The notes beneath the pieces are model-generated. The model saw only the letters and a list, made by a program, of their open reading frames with translations. It had not been told where the DNA came from and made no database searches. A DNA stretch of 64,000 nucleotides from Prolixibacteraceae bacterium (GTDB lineage Bacteria > Bacteroidota > Bacteroidia > Bacteroidales > Prolixibacteraceae): assembly GCA_028377305.1 (NCBI GenBank), contig JAONJW010000008.1, positions 1,455 through 65,454 of the forward strand, in the 5' to 3' direction. Positions within the stretch are counted from its first letter, which is position 1. Every line of letters begins with the position of its first letter. Positions 28,813 to 37,439 of the stretch are shown here, piece after piece. Both the position numbers and the translations under genes were made by a program.

Positions 28813-30134
28813 GAAAGATCCTATATATCCACCTATTACTATTAATTTCAACAATAGCTCTAGGACAAAAACCTTTTGCAAAAGCATATATCAATCGTTC
28901 TCAAGTATATAAATCACAACCTCTGAAGTTAACCATCAAAGTATATTCCCCTAGGTGGTTCACACAAGGCTTACAATTTGAGAATCTAAAAATTGAAGAT
29001 GCGTTTATTGTTCCTTTTACTCAAACATTAGCAGGGAAAGAGATTGTCAACAGACACTCCTATGCTGTCTTAACATTCTTCTATCTCGTATTCCCATACA
29101 ACACTGGGACCATTCATATTCCTAAGGTTCCTGTAACAACATATATCCCAATGGGAAACAGCTACAAGGAGACAAAAATAGAATTAACAACCAATAATTT
29201 GACATTTAAGAGTCTTCCTCTTCCACCAAATGCTCCAAATTTAGTTGCATCAAATGTATATATCAAAGATAGATGGAACAAGACATTTAACAAACTCTAT
29301 GAAGGAGATGTACTCGAAAGAGAAATAACAATAACAGCCTACGGCACTATCCCTAATTTTATCCCATTTATCGAAATGAAGGAAGTGTCATTTGCAAAAA
29401 TATACAAAACACAAAACCTTACCCAGCAAAACATAGATAAAGAGAGTGGAATAGTTATCAGCAAGCGAATTGAAAAATTTTCATACCTATTAACAAAAGA
29501 AGGAGAGTTCTCTATGCCTGGCACCCAAGTCACATTCTTCAACCCACTGCTTGGGAGCTACAAAGAAAAGAACAGTATGCCCACATATATTGAAATCACC
29601 AAGAACACTCAACTTGGCATTGTAGAGTCGATGATAGATAGTCTCGAAACGCAACAAGCAAGAATTCAGTCAATGATACCCAAAGAGCAGTTTAAGAGAC
29701 GACTTATTCTCTTTACAGTTCAACATAAATGGCAACTATTCGGAATAGCAATCTTGATACTCCTCATCAAACAGATATTAAAAGCGAGACATCCTATTAC
29801 AGCAAAGATCTCACAAAGAAAAAGAGAATACATTAGTTCTGAACGTCACGCATTTAAAGAACTTCTCAAAGAAGGAAAATTCTCGTCGCCTAAATATTTA
29901 ACCAAATTATATCGATGGATGTATAAACTCCCAAACAAAGAGGTCTCCATCATAAAGCTAGTAAACAAGACAAAGGGAGAAACCTTTAAATCTGTTCATG
30001 AGCGTGTTCTTGAAAGAGTATACCGCAATAGAGGAATAAAAATAAAAGAGAACTATCAATATACTTTATGGAAATACAGACGGCTTATATTTCAGAAAAA
30101 GGAAATCCACAAAACAAATCTTGAAGACTGGTAG
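28806..30134 (+). CDS. batD: BatD-family protein
   Basis: Signal peptide, beta-rich domains (GDVLEREITITA.G), a C-terminal TM segment; last gene of the MoxR/VWA operon. Confidence 0.8.
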   Translation: MVRKILYIHLLLLISTIALGQKPFAKAYINRSQVYKSQPLKLTIKVYSPRWFTQGLQFENLKIEDAFIVPFTQTLAGKEIVNRHSYAVLTFFYLVFPYNTGTIHIPKVPVTTYIPMGNSYKETKIELTTNNLTFKSLPLPPNAPNLVASNVYIKDRWNKTFNKLYEGDVLEREITITAYGTIPNFIPFIEMKEVSFAKIYKTQNLTQQNIDKESGIVISKRIEKFSYLLTKEGEFSMPGTQVTFFNPLLGSYKEKNSMPTYIEITKNTQLGIVESMIDSLETQQARIQSMIPKEQFKRRLILFTVQHKWQLFGIAILILLIKQILKARHPITAKISQRKREYISSERHAFKELLKEGKFSSPKYLTKLYRWMYKLPNKEVSIIKLVNKTKGETFKSVHERVLERVYRNRGIKIKENYQYTLWKYRRLIFQKKEIHKTNLEDW

Positions 30135-30177
30135 CTCACCCCAACCAACCATTTCATAATCAACGTAAAAAACACGC

Positions 30178-30255
30178 TTAACCCATCAATAAAGGCATAA
30201 AAAAGATCGTTAGTTATTTTTAACGATCTTTTTTATGCCTTTATTGATGGGTTAA
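30178..30255. terminator. Bidirectional terminator; perfect 35-bp-arm inverted repeat
   Basis: 30178-30212 pairs perfectly with 30221-30255 (8-nt loop), between convergent operons. Confidence 0.88.
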
Positions 30256-30286
30256 ACAAATCTTTCTACTTTCATATCATCATTTT

Positions 30287-31051
30287 CTAGAACAAAACTT
30301 GTTTATAAACCACTTCTCCATCTCTAACCACGGCTTTGTAGTACTTTCCTGAATACTTATAATATGAATCACCGTCTTTCTTGACAACCACTGCCCCTTC
30401 TGGTATCTCCTTTAATATTTCACCCGAAGGGTTAGGAACTACTACATAATGCACCTCTTCTCCAACGATTTCAGGACGATAATACGCACCATGACTTACA
30501 TAGTACTTAGTACCATTTTGCTCAATACTACGAGTACCCTCAGGCAACTCTGTCACCATTACTCCAATGGGCGCCTTCACTACTTTATATTTCTTCTTCT
30601 TTATCTTTAAGTAATAAGTTCCCGCATAATAATAATATGTATTTCCTTGATAATCAAACGTAGAACAATTGGCTGGTAATGATGAGATCGTTGCCCCAAT
30701 AGGAGCCTCAGAAACCTGATATTTTGATCCAGATTCCACATAATAGACGCCTTCATTGTAATAGTATGGCACACTGTTAACATGTACTACAATATACGTA
30801 GGAGGTAATACTGGCACATAGAATCCAACCGGATGCCAATATGGACCCCAATATGAAGGCCCTCTATAGATAGGTGGTCTTGTCACCACCACATGCCGCG
30901 GCGGTGTGTGTACAATCACAGTTCTTCTGGGTGGAGTAACCACAACCCTATGCATACTAGGTCTTACAACCGTTGTGCGCCGTACCACTCGTTGGCCCCA
31001 AAGTGGCACAACAAAAAATATTAGTAATATAACTACAAAATTTCTAATCAT
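30287..31051 (-). CDS. DUF6515-like exported repeat protein
   Basis: Signal peptide, Arg/Val/Pro-rich segment, then 3-4 repeats of LP......G..YYY..G.YY.....Y.VV.AP.G. Confidence 0.75.
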   Translation of the reverse strand: MIRNFVVILLIFFVVPLWGQRVVRRTTVVRPSMHRVVVTPPRRTVIVHTPPRHVVVTRPPIYRGPSYWGPYWHPVGFYVPVLPPTYIVVHVNSVPYYYNEGVYYVESGSKYQVSEAPIGATISSLPANCSTFDYQGNTYYYYAGTYYLKIKKKKYKVVKAPIGVMVTELPEGTRSIEQNGTKYYVSHGAYYRPEIVGEEVHYVVVPNPSGEILKEIPEGAVVVKKDGDSYYKYSGKYYKAVVRDGEVVYKQVLF

Positions 31052-31060
31052 AACATTTTT

Positions 31061-31672
31061 TTAAAATTTCGTTCTCTTCTCTAACTTGAAATTCAACACA
31101 TAACCTACTGGAACTTTCATATCGCCATTGTTTGTTAATAACTGTAACCCTCCCATTACAGCAGCACCACGACCAGCACCTTTACCTCCATTAAAGACTG
31201 CTCCTATAGCAGCCCCTGCACCTGCTTTGCGTACGGTCTCTTTCCCTGCATTCTCTGACGACAAAACCAACGTAAAAGTCTCAATAGGGTAATACATATT
31301 TTTGTATTGAATATGTGTCAGTTTCAATACAATTTCTGCAGATCCAGCTAGTCTTCCCCCTTTTTTTGCAGATAAAATTACCCCTTGAGCCTTACTATTC
31401 TGAGGTAAGATAGAACCGTCAGCAGTTATAATATCCATGGATACCACTCCAGCAAACTTGCTCCCAGGTTGAATCGCTGAAGCGACCAATAAAGAAGATA
31501 TTCTTATTGGAATCATCGTTCCAGCCTCAAGCACCAAAGTAACTGTTGAATCAGGTTTTACCGCTGTAGAAGCACCTAAATTGACCTCTTGACCTAATGC
31601 TCCAAGATTACCAAACAATAATATTAATGACACCAATATAACACAAACGAATAATCGAGTTCTCAGCTTCAT
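31061..31672 (-). CDS. Exported hypothetical protein with a glycine-zipper hairpin
   Basis: L.AGT.IPIR...L.., G..AGSAE..L, AGAGAAIGA...GGKGAG.GA, ..VP.G..L.F.L pattern. Confidence 0.75.
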   Translation of the reverse strand: MKLRTRLFVCVILVSLILLFGNLGALGQEVNLGASTAVKPDSTVTLVLEAGTMIPIRISSLLVASAIQPGSKFAGVVSMDIITADGSILPQNSKAQGVILSAKKGGRLAGSAEIVLKLTHIQYKNMYYPIETFTLVLSSENAGKETVRKAGAGAAIGAVFNGGKGAGRGAAVMGGLQLLTNNGDMKVPVGYVLNFKLEKRTKF

Positions 31673-31931
31673 AATTACATCTTTTTAATGTCACTACTCA
31701 TATTTATTGACTCAAAAACCGAACCACAAATAATTTAGGGACGTCATTTAAATAATCATTAACAACAATACAACCAAAGCCTTAACAACAGTCATTTTTT
31801 AATAAAAACTCTCTTTTTATGTGGTATCAAAATATGTTTGTATTATTGTTATCATAGAATAAACACAAACAAATTTCAATTGTTTAAGCAAGTGCTATAA
31901 ATTAGAATGTAGCCTAATATGAAAATAGCTT

Positions 31932-32579
31932 ATGAATAAGAAAGAAAGATACAATAAGGTCATCGACTGGTTTCAAAAAAATATGCCAGTAGCTGAAACC
32001 GAACTAGACTATCGAAACCCTTTTGAATTGCTTGTTGCAGTTATCCTTTCAGCACAATGCACTGATAAAAGAGTCAATATTGTCACGCCAGCACTTTTTG
32101 AAGTATATCCTAATGCGAAGAAGATGGCACAAGCAGAAGTATTCGAAATATTTGAATATATTAAGTCCATATCATTCCCAAACAACAAAGCAAATTATCT
32201 AGTAGGAATGGCTCATATGATACACACTAAATATCAAGATGAAATTCCCAGTAAGGTGAGCGAGTTAATTACACTGCCAGGAGTCGGGAGAAAAACCGCA
32301 AACGTAATAGTTTCTGTGATTTTCGATAAACCAGCTATGGCAGTAGATACTCATGTTTTTAGAGTATCAGAACGAATCGGACTTACATATCGCTCTAAGA
32401 CCCCATTGGAAACTGAAAAACAACTTGTTAAATTTATACCCAATAAACTCTTACCTATCGCACATCATTGGCTAATACTACATGGACGCTATACATGTGT
32501 TGCAAGAAAACCAAAATGTGATTCATGTGGTCTAACTGAATGGTGTAGATGGCATGCCAAAGAACATAAAAAAAGCTAA
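31932..32579 (+). CDS. nth: Endonuclease III
   Basis: LLVAVILSAQCTD.RVN, HhH LPGVGRKTANV, AVDTHVFR, [4Fe-4S] motif C.ARKPKC..C.L..WC. Confidence 0.97.
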   Translation: MNKKERYNKVIDWFQKNMPVAETELDYRNPFELLVAVILSAQCTDKRVNIVTPALFEVYPNAKKMAQAEVFEIFEYIKSISFPNNKANYLVGMAHMIHTKYQDEIPSKVSELITLPGVGRKTANVIVSVIFDKPAMAVDTHVFRVSERIGLTYRSKTPLETEKQLVKFIPNKLLPIAHHWLILHGRYTCVARKPKCDSCGLTEWCRWHAKEHKKS

Positions 32580-33108
32580 GTAATTTTAAACCATTCAAAA
32601 TAATTCCCTTTACAATATTCAATCTATCATAAAATTTTCCTATCTTTAGAGCAGTAATAATATAGCTAACCTCATCGAAATGGGTTGTAGTCATAAACTA
32701 TAGCTATCATTATTTTTTTTGTGCGCCCGACTATAACCACACAAACAATTCATACCCATCGATTTTTCACTATTAAAAGTCGATGCGGTACGACGTCACC
32801 CTACCACACTAACAAATTAATAGTTTTACCCCACTAATACTTACTTTTAGGTATTTATGCTTGCATTCACAAGTTCTTATGCTATATTTACACAAAAGTT
32901 TTAAACATATTGTCACAAAAGCACATGTTATACAATAGGTTTTGTTACAAAAAAGTGAAACATTCTATAAAGACATTGGTTATAGAATAGATACAGATCC
33001 GATAATACAACTCGGAACAATGTTTAAGACTGTATTATACTTAGTAGTGAAGTAAAAAAAATAGATATATCAATTTTGTTATTTAGATAGACTTAAGAAA
33101 AGATCGCT

Positions 33109-36100
33109 ATGTTACAAAACAAAGACCTTATCCAATACCTGAACCTTAAACTCACGGAGTTAGGGCAGCCAGGTTTTAAGTTTGATTCAGAAACATCAGA
33201 AAACCAAAGTGCAATTCTTCAACTTACCGAAGAATTAATGCTTAGTTATAAAGAGAAGTATCGTCGTATGGACGATCGGATCTCTAGTGCTGACCGTCGT
33301 ATTCAAGACTTCTTAAACGATTATCTTAAAGATTTAGACGAAGAGGTCAAACTTCCTTCTCAAACACTAATTCTAGACAAACCAGGATTGGCTCGAGTAT
33401 TAAGTCTTCCTCCAAATAAAGATGTATTCAAAAACCAATACGTTACAACAACTCGTTTAGAGCAGGGACTGGTTAATAACCCTAGAAACGACAAACGTAC
33501 GACCAAAGGAACATTCCATATTGTTGCTGACGGGCTTCCTGTTCCTCTAGATAAAAAAGAGGTACCACGCGTTACATTTGCAAGACTATTTAATTTAGCA
33601 ATGCAACCCGATGCTGAATTAAAAACCCTTCCTTTCACTTCGGCACAAGAAAATAAAGCAGAGATATTCACATCTTTCCTTATTCGCCCTGTAGTTTGTC
33701 CTAAGGTTACAAACTTTATCGAAGAGAAACGTATGGAAATCCGTTTCTATGCACCGGGAGCATTGGTGAGTAACATTGACTTTGTGGAAACGATCTTTGG
33801 CAATGCAGGAGACCCATTCCTTGCAGAAAACGATGCAGCTCTTGACCCAGAACATTGGACAGGACACACCGGCTGTATCATCCTCGCTCCTCATTTGAGC
33901 AATTACACTAAAAAGGAACTTGGTCTCCCACATTATGATGACGCCACAGAACGCCAACGTAATGATGAAATGTGTTGGAAAGATGCAAGTGAAAAATATA
34001 ACGATGGTTCTCCATTTAAATTAACTTGTCGTGACGAAAAAGGGGTTACGGTAACACTGATTGCAGACAATTACTTTGGTTATTCAAAGAAAGAGGTAAA
34101 AACTCAGATTGGATATTCTGCAAATCTATACGGTTTAGTTGAGGAAGAACACGCTGGAGGTGCCATTGCTTACCAACGAATGAACCTAGGTGACTTCTTC
34201 TCTGGGGTGCAGTATATGAGCATGTTAAAAAAAGACTACTCATTTAATGATGTCAAAAAGACTCTTGGCGACATTATGAAGGTGTATCCTGAGAACTATG
34301 CTGTAGACAAACGTTATCCAAATATCTTCTATATCCAAGAAGATGCAAAAATGGATATCTACAAGGGTAAAGTTACATGGAAACACAACGGAGAAGAGTA
34401 CAATTTATCGCTTCAACCAGGATATATATTTATCCACCCATCTGGACACAAGATCCACTTAGAGAAGCATCCTTCGGCTCCATCATGGAGACTAATTAGT
34501 ACTTTTGCAGAAGGTACATTCTGTCATAAGCCTGCAACTGTATCTGGTGGAGGTAAGAGTGAAATCTCTAAATCATTGATGAATGCCATTATCTACGGAT
34601 CACTATTTGTTGATGATTTTGAAAAGGATTTCAAGCTTATTGATCAAGTGATCAACTATGACTACTCTCAAAGATGGAAAGAGCGCAAAGACAAGACTAA
34701 AACAACATCTCGTTCTCTACTTAGTCCAGAACGTTCTATTGGATCGGTAATTAAACTTTTAACTCCTAGTCAATATCATACAGACGAATATAATGAGATC
34801 ATTAGCACTATCCCAGATAGAGTAAGAGCTATTGTTCTATTTATTAAGCGTCTTTACAGAGAACAAGGGGAACAAAAAGGTTGGAAAGAGATGTTCTCTG
34901 TAGACACCGTTAATGGCAAGCAAGGACATGAATTGAAGTTCAACAACCGCCAAGTAATTGCTTCTTACCTGCGTCTAGGATTCGACCTAGACAACTCGTG
35001 GTACTTACATAAACTGAGAACAGACTTCATGGCAGCACAAAAAGTGCAGATGGAAGATGATATTTCTGCGTCAGTAGTAGTTCCTACCTCTCAGATCAAT
35101 ATGTCTAAAAAAGTAGACAACCCTTCTGTGAAGTTCACTACAAACTGTGAGAACTACTTCTTTCAGCGTCCAGATGAAGCAATTGTTCGGGGGTATGATA
35201 AAGAAGCGGAAGCGGATTTAACAAGTCCTAATACATTTATATCAAACTATGAGCCAATGAACCAAGAACAAGCAAAAGCTTTGGTTTCTGATGCTGTAGG
35301 TTTTGATAAATATACACAACCAGTAAAAGATCTGATCACTAAAGTTGCAAAAGGAGAAGGAAAACAGTTCTTTATTGCACCGTCACACCCTCGTATTATT
35401 GGCGATGGGAAACCAACCAAGAATCCTCGTTACCTTCAAGAACGTACTGATCAAGATCCTTTCGAGAATTACTTGACTGATATCGGAACTCGCGTAGCTC
35501 GTAATGTTGCAACAAATCGTCCAGTCTATCGTCCAGTAAATGCGGTGCTTTCTGGGAGAAGAAACAATCCTCAAGATAAAGAAGCTGGAATTAGACCTCT
35601 TAGTGTCTACAACCCTCTTCACTATCAAGAGCTTCCAGAGCTACTGATGGATTACATCTGTAGTTTGACTGGAAAATCACCTTCAACAACTGGAGCTGGG
35701 ACAGAAGGAGCACTCACCAAAGGGCCTTTCAATATGTTGTCGCCAACAAGTGATATAAACAACTCACTTCTATCTTTCATCCTTACGGGATACCAAGGGT
35801 ACTCAACCGCAGCAGGGTGGGTAGGATCTGAAAACCGTTTCGATCATGATATCTCGCTATTGGTACCGGAATTATGGTGTCGTATGACTGCAGAAGATGC
35901 TGATGCAAATCATCTAATTAAGGATGGAGCGTTAGAAAAGATTGAAGATTTCGAACACAACGGAAAGACAATTAAAGCTTCGCGTCTGGGATACCGTATA
36001 ACAAAGGATTTCTTATTCCGATACATGGGACGCGTATTTGATGAACCAGGTGCTGTCTTCACAGAAAAGATGTTAAAACCAGAACTACAAGATCTAGAAG

Positions 36101-36537
36101 CATATGTAGATGGCATCAACAACATCGTGGAAGCACAAGAAAAAGTAGCTCTAAACTACTTTCAAGACAACTCTATCGAAGGTGCAATTCCTCTAGTAAA
36201 AGTTCTGCTTCATATGATGGCATACGGACACTACGAAGGGAAAGATCTAAGCAGTCCAGACCTTAGAAAGATGTTCGATCGCGACTATGTGCTGAACTCA
36301 GACTGGTATAAAGCACGTTTGGTACGCAAACAAGAGATCGATACAGCATATATAGAAAAGGAAATCACTTACCTTAACGATTTTATCTCTGAATCTTACA
36401 ATGCTGAGTATGTTCAGAACTTAGAACTTGCAAAAAAACTTTCGAAACTAGAAACCGATTTAGCTTTCGTAAAGTCTGATGCTTATCTAGAGAAAATCAA
36501 TGGAACCATTGGAGCAGATATTCTTTATAAGGGATAA
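33109..36537 (+). CDS. Pyrophosphate-dependent PEP carboxykinase (PEP carboxytransphosphorylase)
   Basis: 1142 aa; NP..DKRTTKGTFHI, W.GHTGCIILAPHL, IADNYFGY.KKEVKTQI, CHKPATVSGGGKSEISKS, FQRPD.AI.RGYD, LTGKSPSTTGAG.EGALTKGPFN. Confidence 0.9.
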   Translation: MLQNKDLIQYLNLKLTELGQPGFKFDSETSENQSAILQLTEELMLSYKEKYRRMDDRISSADRRIQDFLNDYLKDLDEEVKLPSQTLILDKPGLARVLSLPPNKDVFKNQYVTTTRLEQGLVNNPRNDKRTTKGTFHIVADGLPVPLDKKEVPRVTFARLFNLAMQPDAELKTLPFTSAQENKAEIFTSFLIRPVVCPKVTNFIEEKRMEIRFYAPGALVSNIDFVETIFGNAGDPFLAENDAALDPEHWTGHTGCIILAPHLSNYTKKELGLPHYDDATERQRNDEMCWKDASEKYNDGSPFKLTCRDEKGVTVTLIADNYFGYSKKEVKTQIGYSANLYGLVEEEHAGGAIAYQRMNLGDFFSGVQYMSMLKKDYSFNDVKKTLGDIMKVYPENYAVDKRYPNIFYIQEDAKMDIYKGKVTWKHNGEEYNLSLQPGYIFIHPSGHKIHLEKHPSAPSWRLISTFAEGTFCHKPATVSGGGKSEISKSLMNAIIYGSLFVDDFEKDFKLIDQVINYDYSQRWKERKDKTKTTSRSLLSPERSIGSVIKLLTPSQYHTDEYNEIISTIPDRVRAIVLFIKRLYREQGEQKGWKEMFSVDTVNGKQGHELKFNNRQVIASYLRLGFDLDNSWYLHKLRTDFMAAQKVQMEDDISASVVVPTSQINMSKKVDNPSVKFTTNCENYFFQRPDEAIVRGYDKEAEADLTSPNTFISNYEPMNQEQAKALVSDAVGFDKYTQPVKDLITKVAKGEGKQFFIAPSHPRIIGDGKPTKNPRYLQERTDQDPFENYLTDIGTRVARNVATNRPVYRPVNAVLSGRRNNPQDKEAGIRPLSVYNPLHYQELPELLMDYICSLTGKSPSTTGAGTEGALTKGPFNMLSPTSDINNSLLSFILTGYQGYSTAAGWVGSENRFDHDISLLVPELWCRMTAEDADANHLIKDGALEKIEDFEHNGKTIKASRLGYRITKDFLFRYMGRVFDEPGAVFTEKMLKPELQDLEAYVDGINNIVEAQEKVALNYFQDNSIEGAIPLVKVLLHMMAYGHYEGKDLSSPDLRKMFDRDYVLNSDWYKARLVRKQEIDTAYIEKEITYLNDFISESYNAEYVQNLELAKKLSKLETDLAFVKSDAYLEKINGTIGADILYKG

Positions 36538-36561
36538 TCACTTCTGATTCCAAAATAATAT

Positions 36562-36601
36562 AAAGCGTTGGTTGGCTCACTTTGCAAATCAACGCTTTTT
36601 T
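36562..36601 (+). terminator. Intrinsic terminator
   Basis: AAAGCGTTG/CAACGCTTT stem followed by a T-run. Confidence 0.75.
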
Positions 36602-36710
36602 AATACCCCCTCAATTTTACCTAAACGGTTACCAATGAATTTTGTGTAATATTTATGGCACTACCAACAAAAAGAATAAATTTGTGTTCAGTTAATATAA
36701 TATTATTCTT

Positions 36711-37421
36711 ATGAAATATCTCCTTTTATTATATACTATTTTTAGTCATATTAATACCGAAGCTCAGCCTATCGATTGGCTTAGTAGAGCCCAAGAGGGC
36801 AACCTCCAGGCTCAGTATCGTCTTGGTAAATCTTATCTGGTGGGAGACACAATCCCCAAAAACATCGAACAAGCCATATACTGGCTCGAAAAAGCATCCC
36901 TAAAAAAAGAACCTAGGGCGATGTATCTTCTTGGGCTTTGCTATTACAAAGGGAATGGAAAAATTCAGAACGACACAGCTGCCTACAGATATTTTAAAGA
37001 CTCTGCCCTTCAGGGCTATCCACAAGCCCAATACTCTCTTGCATTAAGATACCTCAATGGTGAGGGGGTAAAAAAGAATGAACAACGTGCCTTCCATTGG
37101 TTTCGCAAGGCTTCTGAATCAGGAATAGCCCAAGCACGCTACTCAGTTGGTTTACGATTTCAAAAAGGAGAAGGCGTACAGATGAACAAACGGATGGCAC
37201 TAAGGCTTTACCAAGAGTTGGTTTTACAATCTCCACATGACCCATATTATGACTATTTTCTAGGTTATAGCTACTACTATGGCACCTGTGGCATCACAGA
37301 CACCAATACAGGAAGTAGGTATATCCAAAAAGCAGCAATCAATGGCTGTTCAGAAGCCCAGCAACTACTAAAACATATAGCCAAAACAAATAATGCACAA
37401 CAGAAAGTGGCCTATTTTTAA
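36711..37421 (+). CDS. Sel1-repeat (SLR/TPR) exported protein
   Basis: Repeats of AQY.LG..Y..G.G....A..W..KA..G; TAAATTTG -7 box at 36677. Confidence 0.9.
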   Translation: MKYLLLLYTIFSHINTEAQPIDWLSRAQEGNLQAQYRLGKSYLVGDTIPKNIEQAIYWLEKASLKKEPRAMYLLGLCYYKGNGKIQNDTAAYRYFKDSALQGYPQAQYSLALRYLNGEGVKKNEQRAFHWFRKASESGIAQARYSVGLRFQKGEGVQMNKRMALRLYQELVLQSPHDPYYDYFLGYSYYYGTCGITDTNTGSRYIQKAAINGCSEAQQLLKHIAKTNNAQQKVAYF

Positions 37422-37439
37422 CCCTACAGATCTTTTTAT

